This document shows positions 43,564 through 52,064 of a stretch of 64,000 nt of DNA, in pieces. Position 1 is the stretch's first letter, and the number at the start of each line of letters is the position of its first letter. This stretch comes from an uncultured Chthoniobacter sp. Lineage in GTDB: Bacteria; Verrucomicrobiota; Verrucomicrobiia; Chthoniobacterales; Terrimicrobiaceae. Below the pieces are notes generated by a model, which ran no database searches, was not told where the DNA came from, and saw nothing but the letters and a program-made list of their open reading frames with translations. Made by a program: the position numbers and the translations under genes. The stretch covers positions 80,740 through 144,739 of the forward strand of contig CAYSKK010000010.1 of assembly GCA_964431635.1 (NCBI GenBank). Reading direction: 5' to 3'.

Positions 43564-44735
43564 AACCTTCCGTCCATTTTTTCGGAGGACAGGGGATCGG
43601 CTGGGCGCTGGATGAGGATCTGAACCGCGCCCGCGAGGCGATTGCCGGCAGGGTTCAGTCGGGCACGTTCGCGCGCTCATCCATCATCCACTCCGCCTGG
43701 TGGCCGCCGCTCCTGCGCGCGGGGAAAAATGCGCTGGAGGGGAAGGCGGTCGTCTGTTTTGCGGACAACCCGCCGGCATTTTACCTGACCTGTCCGGGAT
43801 TCGAGCAGGCCGCGGCGCGTGTGGATTTGTGGATCGCCCGTTCGCGCGAGGCCATGGACCAATTTCGCAAACTGGGTCTTCCATCCGCGTTCGCCCCCTA
43901 CACGGTCTCGAAAAATGTCTTCCACCCCATTCCCTCTGCGGAGCGAAAGGAAATCCGTGACCGGCTCGGCATTTCCGAAGGGGATTTTGTCGTGGGCAAT
44001 TTTCACCGGGATTCCCTGGAGCGGGATGTCTCGCTGCCCAAGGCTCAGAAGGGCCCCGATGTTTTTGTGGAGATTGTTGACCGGGCAAGGCAGTCGATTC
44101 CGTCGCTCAAAGTTCTTCTTGCCGGCCCGCGCAGGCATTGGCTCCGCAGGGAACTCGCCCGCAGGGGGATTCCGTTTATTTTTTCCGGCCGATTGCTGGA
44201 CCACGATGATTTTGATGTGAACGTCCTCCCTCGCGAGGAGCTGAACCGTCTTTATGCCGCGCTTGATTGCGTGTTGATTTCCTCGCGCTGGGAGGGCGGT
44301 CCCTACGCCGTCCTGGAGTCCCTGTTCGCAGGCCGGCCCGTGATCAGCACCCGCGTGGGCATGGCGTCCGATCTCCTGGAGGGATTTCTTTATTCCTCTC
44401 CCGGGGAAGGGGCCGCGTTGCTTGCAGGCATCGCCGCCGCACAGCCGGATTTCTCACCCCTCAGGGACGCGGCTCTGGAGAGCCACTCGCCTGCCAATTT
44501 GGGATCGCGGTTGATCGAGGCGTATGCGGGACTCCGCGGGGACCCCGAACCTCCCGGTCGCGCGGTAAGGGCATTCATAAATCTCGGGATCTCAAGATTG
44601 CATCGGAATTTCCGACAGCCTCTCGGCTCCCACCCGGGAGTCGCACGGATCATGGAAAACGTCCGCTCAAAAAATCCGGGCTCGAGCCGCGTGGCCTGTG
44701 AAGCCGTCGGGATTGCGGGCGCACTCTCCTCATGA
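43560..44735 (+). CDS. GT-B fold glycosyltransferase (GT4-like)
   Basis: A TTG at 43560 (TTGA overlap) gives MKPSVHFFGGQGIGWALDED. CVLISSRWEGGPYAVLESLFAGRPVISTRVGMASDLL. Confidence 0.7.
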   Translation: MKPSVHFFGGQGIGWALDEDLNRAREAIAGRVQSGTFARSSIIHSAWWPPLLRAGKNALEGKAVVCFADNPPAFYLTCPGFEQAAARVDLWIARSREAMDQFRKLGLPSAFAPYTVSKNVFHPIPSAERKEIRDRLGISEGDFVVGNFHRDSLERDVSLPKAQKGPDVFVEIVDRARQSIPSLKVLLAGPRRHWLRRELARRGIPFIFSGRLLDHDDFDVNVLPREELNRLYAALDCVLISSRWEGGPYAVLESLFAGRPVISTRVGMASDLLEGFLYSSPGEGAALLAGIAAAQPDFSPLRDAALESHSPANLGSRLIEAYAGLRGDPEPPGRAVRAFINLGISRLHRNFRQPLGSHPGVARIMENVRSKNPGSSRVACEAVGIAGALSS

Positions 44736-45874
44736 AGCCACGCATCGTCGAACCGGTCTCCGCCGCTGCAGCCGTAATGTTTCCTCTGCGCGAGGCGGCC
44801 TCGACGCTCCTGCACCATGGATCCCGCCGCCGCGCCCGCACCCGGGCCTCGCACATCGAAGCCGCCCTCCCCAACCGGCCGCTGGTCAATTACGGGAGGC
44901 TGGAAATTTCCTCCTCCGCGCGGCTTCCGATCGGCGGACAGATCAAGCTGATCCCGCTCAAAGCGAATTTTCCGGAAAACCTCAGCCGGTTCAATCTCAT
45001 CTATCTGGTCAGCAGCGCGCTGCCGCTGCACGCGGAGGAAATCGTCGCTGCCGCGAGAAAAAAAGGCATCAAGCTCGTTTGGAACCAGAACGGCATCGCG
45101 TATCCCGGCTGCTACGGAGATTACTACGCCTGGTTCAATCTCCGCATGGCGGAGTTGCGCTCACAGGCCGACTACATTTTCAACCAAAGCGAATTTTCCC
45201 GGCTCAGTGCCGAACGCTACCTCGGACCCTCCGCCGCGCCATCCGAGATCTGCCTCAATCCGGTTGACACCGGCATGTTCACTCCGGCAGAGAGCAGACC
45301 AGCTATGGATGCCTGGCAGATCCTTGCGGCGGGAACCAGTCACGCGCTTTACCGCACGGAGTCCGCCGTGGATACCCTGCGCGAGCTGATCTCACGCGGA
45401 CGGAGGGCTCATCTGACCATCGCAGGGGAGTTTCGCTGGAAAGGCGCGGAATCTGATGTCAGGAGGATCCTGAATGGCCTTCGGGATCATGTGACCATCC
45501 TGCCGCCATTCCGGCAGAGCGAAGCTCCGGCCATCTACCGCAGGGCGCACGTCCTTCTCCACACAAAATTCAACGACCCCTGCCCGACCGTTCCGATCGA
45601 GGCGATGTCGTGCGGGGTGCCGGTTGTCGGAACGCACAGCGGCGGGATGCCCGAGCTGGTTCCCGACACGGCGGGCATTCTCGTTCCCATCCGGCAAAGC
45701 TGGACAGAGGACCTCGCCGGGAATCCATCCATCCTTGCCGATGCCGTCGAGCGGATCATGGAAAACCACGCGGCCATGTCGCAGACCGCACGCGAACACG
45801 CAATCCGGACATTGGATGTGAACCGCTGGCTCCAACGCCACGCGGCGGTGTTTCAAAAGCTCCTCTGTTCCTGA
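44732..45874 (+). CDS. GT-B fold glycosyltransferase (GT4)
   Basis: ATGA overlap start. LHTKFNDPCPTVPIEAMSCGVPVVGTHSGGMPELVPD. Confidence 0.8.
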   Translation: MKPRIVEPVSAAAAVMFPLREAASTLLHHGSRRRARTRASHIEAALPNRPLVNYGRLEISSSARLPIGGQIKLIPLKANFPENLSRFNLIYLVSSALPLHAEEIVAAARKKGIKLVWNQNGIAYPGCYGDYYAWFNLRMAELRSQADYIFNQSEFSRLSAERYLGPSAAPSEICLNPVDTGMFTPAESRPAMDAWQILAAGTSHALYRTESAVDTLRELISRGRRAHLTIAGEFRWKGAESDVRRILNGLRDHVTILPPFRQSEAPAIYRRAHVLLHTKFNDPCPTVPIEAMSCGVPVVGTHSGGMPELVPDTAGILVPIRQSWTEDLAGNPSILADAVERIMENHAAMSQTAREHAIRTLDVNRWLQRHAAVFQKLLCS

Positions 45875-45928
45875 CCGCCGGTTCCCGTGCTGCTTGAAGC
45901 AGTGGTCCGCGTGGAGTAGGCTCGTTTC

Positions 45929-46261
45929 ATGCCCGAAGATTTTCCAACCCGGTTCGACAAACTCGGAATGTTCCGTTTGATCGCGGATAAAATCGAGTGC
46001 GAGCCTGCATTGCTTCAGGTGGGACTGGACAACATCGCGCGATGGATCGCCAACGGGGCGGATCAGCAGCACCGGCTCCGGCAGTGGGAGGCGATGATCC
46101 TCGCCGCGCGGGATTCGGCGGAGGGAATGCAATCGCTGCTGGCCACGCTCCGGGAAGACAGTGAAAAGGCGGATCACCTGCGCGGCTTTGCTCCGTTTGC
46201 GGGAATTCTTTCAAAGCCGGAGATCGTCGAAATATTACGGCCATGCGCCTACGCTCACTAA
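45929..46261 (+). CDS. Small hypothetical protein, candidate partner (antitoxin-like) of the downstream NTase-fold protein
   Basis: 110 aa, helical-looking and acidic/basic mixed. Its last 19 nt overlap the next ORF. No glycan-related motif. Confidence 0.45.
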   Translation: MPEDFPTRFDKLGMFRLIADKIECEPALLQVGLDNIARWIANGADQQHRLRQWEAMILAARDSAEGMQSLLATLREDSEKADHLRGFAPFAGILSKPEIVEILRPCAYAH

Positions 46262-46773
46262 GACATTTGGTTTCCGAACTCACTTCGAGGGAGAGCAGTC
46301 GACGGATCGTTGTTCTTGGATCCGCCTCGCTTCTGGCCGCATTTCCCGACTTGGGAGAGCAGGGTTTTCCGCTTGAAACAACCTACGATGCTGACTTTCT
46401 GCTTGAGCCGGTGAACCGGGAAACCGCACTCCGACTGGCTTCTGAAATCGGAATCAACACCATGTTTCATACGAATCACGGTTATCACGCCGACATCCTC
46501 CACCCGACCATCGTGGAGAGCCTGCCGCCCGCTTGGGAGGAGCGCCTTGTGCCGATGGACGGGTTCGACAATGTATTCGCCCTTGACCCCTGTGATCTTG
46601 CGGCGGTGAAAGTTGTCGTTGGCAGGGAAAAAGATCTCGCGCTTGTGAAGGGGCTTTTGAAACTCAAAAAAATCACGGGTGAAAAACTCCGTGAGCGCCT
46701 GCATACGCTGCCACTCGGGGAAAAGGAAATGTTCAGAGCAGGACGAAACTTTGCTGAAGTCACCACACCTTGA
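46243..46773 (+). CDS. Minimal nucleotidyltransferase-fold (Pol-beta superfamily-like) protein
   Basis: RIVVLGSASLL ... TYDADFLL fits the hG[GS]...DxD pattern of minimal NTases. 176 aa. Overlaps the upstream small ORF. Confidence 0.45.
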   Translation: MRLRSLRHLVSELTSRESSRRIVVLGSASLLAAFPDLGEQGFPLETTYDADFLLEPVNRETALRLASEIGINTMFHTNHGYHADILHPTIVESLPPAWEERLVPMDGFDNVFALDPCDLAAVKVVVGREKDLALVKGLLKLKKITGEKLRERLHTLPLGEKEMFRAGRNFAEVTTP

Positions 46774-47768
46774 GCAGTCCGTTTTTTTCAGTCCTCCTGC
46801 CCGCCTACAACGCGCGGGCGCACATCCGGCGCGCGCTGGCCGACCTCACCGCCCAGACGTTCCGGGATTTTGAAATCGTCGTCGTGGACGACGGGTCAAC
46901 CGACGACACGGCTGACATCGTGAAAAGCGTTCCGGACCCGAGGATCCGCCTGATCCGGCTTCCGCGGAACCGGGAGCTTGTGGATGCGCTGAATTCCGGA
47001 CTGGCGGAGGCGCGGGGCAAATGGATCGCCCGGCAGGATGCCGACGACCGCTGCCGGCCGGACCGCCTGGACCGGCAGCGCCGGCTCGTCTCCCGAAATC
47101 CGGAGGCGGTTCTTTTTTACTCCCGGGCGACGCTGATCGACGGACGCGGATGGTGGAGGGGGACGTTACGTCCGCCAATCGATGACGCCGGACTCCGATG
47201 GGATCTCTGCTTCAGGAATCCCATCCCTCACACCTCGGCGGTTTTTCCCGCGGATCTCGTCAGGAATGAAATGGGAGGCTACTCGGGAGACAATGTGACA
47301 GCCGACTTCGACCTCTGGTCGCGGCTCATGCGGAAAGGCTCTGCCGCCGGAGACAACGCATGCCTCGTCTCCTATCGCAACCACGGATCTTCCATCATGG
47401 GCCGGGAAAATTCCTCCGGGGAAAAACCCAGCAACAGCGGCCTCCGCGGAATCCTCATCCGGAATCTATGCGACTGGTCCGGCGCATCCGAGGCGGACGC
47501 GGAGAGGATTGCGGCGACGTGGCTTGAACCGGCCGGGGCGGGGTGGGCTGGGTATTTTTCCCTGCGCGAAAAACTGGCAAAAGGCTCCACGAACCAAACT
47601 GCCGGATTGATCGCAGAGGAGGATTACACATTGATGCACCGGGCGCTCGGAGTATCGGTGAAATGTGCGGCGACGATGCTCTCCGCGATGCGCCGCGTCT
47701 GCCCGGCGCGTTACGCCGCGCTCCCGCAACCGCGCACGGCGATCACCAGGCTGATGAGGGGGTTTTGA
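46770..47768 (+). CDS. Family 2 glycosyltransferase
   Basis: TTG start in a TTGA overlap. FFSVLLPAYNARAHIRRALADLTAQTFRDFEIVVVDDGSTDDT and ARQDADD. Confidence 0.85.
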   Translation: MSSPFFSVLLPAYNARAHIRRALADLTAQTFRDFEIVVVDDGSTDDTADIVKSVPDPRIRLIRLPRNRELVDALNSGLAEARGKWIARQDADDRCRPDRLDRQRRLVSRNPEAVLFYSRATLIDGRGWWRGTLRPPIDDAGLRWDLCFRNPIPHTSAVFPADLVRNEMGGYSGDNVTADFDLWSRLMRKGSAAGDNACLVSYRNHGSSIMGRENSSGEKPSNSGLRGILIRNLCDWSGASEADAERIAATWLEPAGAGWAGYFSLREKLAKGSTNQTAGLIAEEDYTLMHRALGVSVKCAATMLSAMRRVCPARYAALPQPRTAITRLMRGF

Positions 47769-48874
47769 TGAAGATTCTTTTCCTGTCCAGCCACGCGCAC
47801 CTCGTTCTGGAGCGCAGCACCTCGCGGGTCTCGGGAGGCGCGGAGCTTCAGATCGCGCTCCTGGCAAGGGAGCTTGCCGCGCGCGGGATCGACACGGTCA
47901 TCGCAGCGGGCGACACCGGCCAGGCGGACGGCGATCTGCATGAAGGGGTCCGCATCCGGAACGCCGGAAAATTCCAGACCGGGGGAATCGCGGACACCCT
48001 TCTCGCTCTTCCGCGCGTGGCCTCAGTGATCGGGGAAGAGCGGCCGGACTGGGTCCTGTTGCTCGGCTGGACGACCTGGCTATTCTTCCTGCACATGATG
48101 AAATCCTCATTCGGATTCCGCCTCGGCTTCATCTGCGGGCTCGACACCGAGGTGAATGGCGGGTTCCGCCGCGAGAATCCGGTGCGTGGATTCCTTTTTG
48201 AGCATGCGATGCGGCACTGTGATGCCAGGTTTGCCATGACGGAGGATCAACGAATGTTGTTCCACAAAAATGGAATGACCTGCGGATTTTACAGAAATCT
48301 CATCCTCCCCCGCGTCGGCGAAAGGACGGCAGAAAAACCCATTGACCTCCTCTGGGTCTCCCGCTGCCAGCCGATCAAGCGGCCCCACCTGTTTCTGGAC
48401 CTTGCCGAAAAGCTGCCGGAGGCCGCGTGCCGGATGGTCTGCCCGCGCGAGGATGCCGGCTTGTGGGAGTCGGTCCGGGCACGCGCGGAGACCATCCCGA
48501 ACCTCGAATTCATCGAGCGCGTTCCCTACCACGAGATCCAGGCGGTCTACGATTCGGCGAAAATTTTTGTGAACACATCCGAATGGGAGGGCTGGCCGAA
48601 CAGCTTCATCCAGTCCGGGCTCGGTGAAGCGGCGCTCCTGTCGCTGGATGTGAATCCGGACGGGCTTTTTCAGCGCTATGCACTCGGGCGGTTTTGCGAA
48701 GGGGACCCCGCCCGGATGTCCGGGGAAGCCCGCTCGATGCTCGGCTCCGCTGAAAACCTCGCCCGCATGCAGAAGGAGTGCGCCCGGTTTGTCGCCGAGA
48801 TGCACGACAACCGGAAGGAAACCACCTCGTTCCTTGACGGGCTTAGTCGGCCACCTCGACCGCCTCGGGGCTGA
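47768..48874 (+). CDS. GT-B fold glycosyltransferase (GT4)
   Basis: ATG 47768 (TGATG overlap). MKILFLSSHAHLV..SGGAELQIALLARELAARGIDTV and FVNTSEWEGWPNSFIQSGL. Confidence 0.78.
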   Translation: MKILFLSSHAHLVLERSTSRVSGGAELQIALLARELAARGIDTVIAAGDTGQADGDLHEGVRIRNAGKFQTGGIADTLLALPRVASVIGEERPDWVLLLGWTTWLFFLHMMKSSFGFRLGFICGLDTEVNGGFRRENPVRGFLFEHAMRHCDARFAMTEDQRMLFHKNGMTCGFYRNLILPRVGERTAEKPIDLLWVSRCQPIKRPHLFLDLAEKLPEAACRMVCPREDAGLWESVRARAETIPNLEFIERVPYHEIQAVYDSAKIFVNTSEWEGWPNSFIQSGLGEAALLSLDVNPDGLFQRYALGRFCEGDPARMSGEARSMLGSAENLARMQKECARFVAEMHDNRKETTSFLDGLSRPPRPPRG

Positions 48875-50633
48875 ACGATCCCGTGATCTTGTCCTTCCGC
48901 ACGAAGACCTCGCTCCGAAAGTAACGGCCAAAATAGACGTAGTTCTCGCAGAGCCATTGGTAGGGCCCGGGCGCCCAGCTTCGAAAACGCGACTGCTCGC
49001 TCTTGTTGATTCGCCTCTGGTCGATCACCACCACGGCCGGAGACGACCCGGTGATCATGGCGGGGAAGCCCGCCTCAAAGTCTTTCCCGGCGGTTGAATT
49101 GTCCACATACAGGTTGTGCATCGGCGACGGTCGGTCGGTCATGAAGTTGATCGTCGGAGAATAGGGAAGGCACAGCACATATTCGCCCGGTGAGGAATGC
49201 CGCAGGACGGCATCCCGCAACCCCGCCAGCCAGGCCGCCTCACGGTCTCGCACGTTCACGTTCACTCCATTGAGTGCGCGGAATTCGTGCGAGGCCATTT
49301 TTTTTGCCGCGATGGACCCGGAGGAATCCTTCGGAAACGCATGGGAAAAGTAGATCACCGCCGCCGCGGCGCAGACGATGGCAAACAACCCTGCGAAAAC
49401 ACGCCGGCCCCGGCCGGGCTCACAGAGCGCAGACTGCCCCGCCGCCCAGACGAAGAGCGACAGTGCGGCGAGATACGGCACCATCATCTCAGACAAATGC
49501 GGCGTGTCGGGACGGAAAAACAGGAACTGGGGCAGAAGCGTGAGCGCACATCCGAGGACGGTCAGGGGATAAAGAAAACGCTCCTTTTCCGCAGGATCGC
49601 GACGGATGAGCGCAAGAAGAAGCCCGATCCCGCCGGCGATGATCGCGATCACGGAAATCAGAAGGGGAAGATACGTGCTGATCGCAAAGGATTTTTGCGT
49701 CCACTTCCGCCCATGGAAAATATCCGAGACGGGCACACGCATGAGCGCACCACGGTCCTCCCAGGAATCCCCATTCGGTTTTTCCGCGGCCTTGGCTGCC
49801 GGAGCCGCAACGGGAGGCGACTGCAGAGGAGGAGCCGCAGCCGAAGCCGGCGCGGGCGCTGCAGGTCCGTCATTCTCCGAGAGGTCAGCCATCTGCTGGC
49901 GGAACTCCGAGGAAATCATTCTGATCCATCCGGTGTATTGCTCGAGAAACGCGCGGTCGTAGCCGCGGGCCTTTGCGTCGCTCCAGACCGGAAGGTGGAC
50001 GACCCAGGCGAGCGCAAATCCGCCGACGGCACCTGCGAGAGCCACTCCGCTCCGCTTCAGAAAATCCCCGCGGTGACCGAAAGGGAAGAGCGCAGCCAGA
50101 CCGAGAAAGATAACGGTGCAGAAGACCCCAAGATCAATCCGGAAAAGAAACGTGACCCCGAGCCCGAGGCCCGCAGAGAGCATCCATCCAAGGGTTTTCC
50201 ACCGCGATGCCCTCCCCATGACAAACGCCCGGGTGAGAAGGAATGCGTTCAGGATCCCAAGGAACGGCATGTAGTTCCGGAACATCATTCCCGGCACGAG
50301 GATCACCATCACCGCCGGGATCGCCGAATACCACGCATTCCGCGTATATCCGTGGACGACGAAATAGGCGAGCAACCCGGACGCGGTGCAGAATGCGAAA
50401 AAATACCAGCGGAGCACGAGGTAGTTCGGACCGGTGATTTCAAAGAGCCCGGCGACAGGAAAAAACCACAGGACATTGTAACCGAGAAACGTGTCCACGA
50501 TCGGCCGCTGACCGGCCATCAGCCGCATGGCCACAACCCCGGCCGTCCCCCCCTCCCCTCCGAGATTCAGCCCGGCTGTGACGTAGAGAGAATAGTAAAC
50601 GAGGGCAAATCCGGCCAGCAACCAAGGCATCAT
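48843..50633 (-). CDS. Large polytopic membrane protein, GT-C-like, with central Ala/Pro-rich linker
   Basis: Start at the ATG-ATG pair 50633/50630. About 596 aa and more than 10 hydrophobic segments. Low-complexity linker PAAPAPASAAAPPLQSPPVAAPAAKAAEKP. Soluble C-terminal domain. The 3' end overlaps the convergent GT4 gene by 32 nt. Confidence 0.45.
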   Translation of the reverse strand: MMPWLLAGFALVYYSLYVTAGLNLGGEGGTAGVVAMRLMAGQRPIVDTFLGYNVLWFFPVAGLFEITGPNYLVLRWYFFAFCTASGLLAYFVVHGYTRNAWYSAIPAVMVILVPGMMFRNYMPFLGILNAFLLTRAFVMGRASRWKTLGWMLSAGLGLGVTFLFRIDLGVFCTVIFLGLAALFPFGHRGDFLKRSGVALAGAVGGFALAWVVHLPVWSDAKARGYDRAFLEQYTGWIRMISSEFRQQMADLSENDGPAAPAPASAAAPPLQSPPVAAPAAKAAEKPNGDSWEDRGALMRVPVSDIFHGRKWTQKSFAISTYLPLLISVIAIIAGGIGLLLALIRRDPAEKERFLYPLTVLGCALTLLPQFLFFRPDTPHLSEMMVPYLAALSLFVWAAGQSALCEPGRGRRVFAGLFAIVCAAAAVIYFSHAFPKDSSGSIAAKKMASHEFRALNGVNVNVRDREAAWLAGLRDAVLRHSSPGEYVLCLPYSPTINFMTDRPSPMHNLYVDNSTAGKDFEAGFPAMITGSSPAVVVIDQRRINKSEQSRFRSWAPGPYQWLCENYVYFGRYFRSEVFVRKDKITGSFSPEAVEVAD

Positions 50634-50963
50634 GACGCCCGGACGGAAACAGTGAGCAGGCTCACAAAAAAAACTCCGAAGGGATCTCGTGGAGCGCAGA
50701 CTCAGGTTCTGAGTCATTCCGAAGTGGCTTGGTCCATCGTCAATGGCATCAGCAAAGCGTATCCGATAGGAACGATATCTCAAGACGGAAGGCGGGCGGG
50801 ATGAGGAGGAAAATGAGATTTCCCGTCAGCCGGTCCGCGCGCGCTTGACTCCCCACCCGCGCTTTGCCAACCTTCTTCCGCAAAATGCATGCTCCCCGGC
50901 CAGCACTCTGCAGTCCGGTGTGCGGAAAGCATTCAGCCAACCTGATGACAAGGAAGTTCTGAT
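50634..50963. promoter_or_regulatory. Divergent intergenic region at the right border of the glycan locus
   Basis: 330 nt lie between the reverse-strand membrane protein start and the PfkB kinase start. It must carry promoters for both. No motif was identified. Confidence 0.3.
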
Positions 50964-52049
50964 ATGAAACGATACACCGACTACATCAACAATCTCAGTG
51001 GCAAGATCCTGCTGGGCTGCGACGGTTTTGTTGATGAGGTTTACGAAATTGTCGAAGAGAGAAAGAGCCTGACCGAGTTCACGGCCATGCAGAAGCTCAA
51101 GCATTTCGGCGAGCTGCTGGTGAAGCGGGCGGACGGCGGCGTCGGCATGGAGCTTGTGCCGAAACGGCGCTGCGAGGGGGGATTCGCAATCAACACCGGT
51201 CGCATCGCGGCGATTTTGGGTATCAAGCCTTTGTTGCCCGGTCTTTACGGCGGCAAGGAAATCGACCCGGCTTTTGTGGAGTTTCAGGACAACTGCCACC
51301 TGCTCTCCCTCGGCGACCCGGCCCTGACGATTGTTTTTGAATTCAGCGATGGAAAGATCCTGATGAGCAACCTCCAGGCGGTCTCCAACCTGACCTGGGA
51401 GGATTTTAAAAAGTTTTTCGGCGGGCAGAAGCTCAAGGAAATGTTTTCCGGCGTGGATATTTTGGGGCTGGGCTACTGGTCTCTCACCACGGACTTTGAC
51501 GGGTTCTTCAAGGGTTTCATGGAGCAGTATGAGGACGCCAAGCCGCCGCGGCGGATGTTCTTTGACTTTGCCGACATCAAGAAGAAGTCGAGCGAGTCCT
51601 TTGTGAAGTCGCTGGGGTTGATCAAAAATTACAACAGCAAGATCCCGATGACGCTCAGCCTGAACGAACACGAGGTCCTGGAGTTGTTTTCAAGGGTTGG
51701 TGTCGAATGCCCGGATCTGACCCCCGCGGCGATCGCTTCCGCCTTGACGACTGCCCGTGAAAAAATCGGCTTCGATGAACTGGTCGTCCACACGCCGGAA
51801 TTTGCAGCCGCATCAAGCGCTGCGGACGGAGAAGCGCATGCCATGCAGGAGCGTCAAAAAAATGTCGTTCGCTCGGCAGGCGCAGGCGACAGCTTCAATG
51901 GCGGCTACCTCTGCGCGTCGCTGGGAAATCTGCCGATCAAAGAGCGTCTTGTGATCGCCAACGCGGCGACCGCCTTCTTTGTCACACACGCAACGGGTCC
52001 GACCAGGGAAGAACTCATCGCCCAGATCGCAAAGGCCTCCGACAAGTAG
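50964..52049 (+). CDS. PfkB-family carbohydrate kinase
   Basis: C-terminal RSAGAGDSFNGGYL is the PfkB ATP/anion-hole signature. 361 aa. The antisense ORF 50826-51671 is rejected. Confidence 0.72.
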   Translation: MKRYTDYINNLSGKILLGCDGFVDEVYEIVEERKSLTEFTAMQKLKHFGELLVKRADGGVGMELVPKRRCEGGFAINTGRIAAILGIKPLLPGLYGGKEIDPAFVEFQDNCHLLSLGDPALTIVFEFSDGKILMSNLQAVSNLTWEDFKKFFGGQKLKEMFSGVDILGLGYWSLTTDFDGFFKGFMEQYEDAKPPRRMFFDFADIKKKSSESFVKSLGLIKNYNSKIPMTLSLNEHEVLELFSRVGVECPDLTPAAIASALTTAREKIGFDELVVHTPEFAAASSAADGEAHAMQERQKNVVRSAGAGDSFNGGYLCASLGNLPIKERLVIANAATAFFVTHATGPTREELIAQIAKASDK

Positions 52050-52064
52050 CCGGGGCCACCGCAA

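Noticed and set aside
42607-43680. 357-aa - strand ORF
   Set aside because: It lies antisense to two GT4 genes that carry E-x7-E regions. The composition is Arg/Pro-rich.
50652-50673. GTGAGC-AG-GCTCAC palindrome next to an A8 run, considered as a terminator
   Set aside because: The loop is too small. On the strand where the run would be T8, the run precedes rather than follows the hairpin. It lies in a 5' leader, not a 3' end.
49197-50804. 535-aa + strand ORF
   Set aside because: It runs antisense through the polytopic membrane gene 48843-50633. Its translation is Arg/Pro/Gly/His-rich with no motif, as expected for a shadow ORF in GC-rich DNA.
50826-51671. 281-aa - strand ORF
   Set aside because: It lies antisense to the PfkB kinase, whose GAGDSFNGG signature settles the coding strand.
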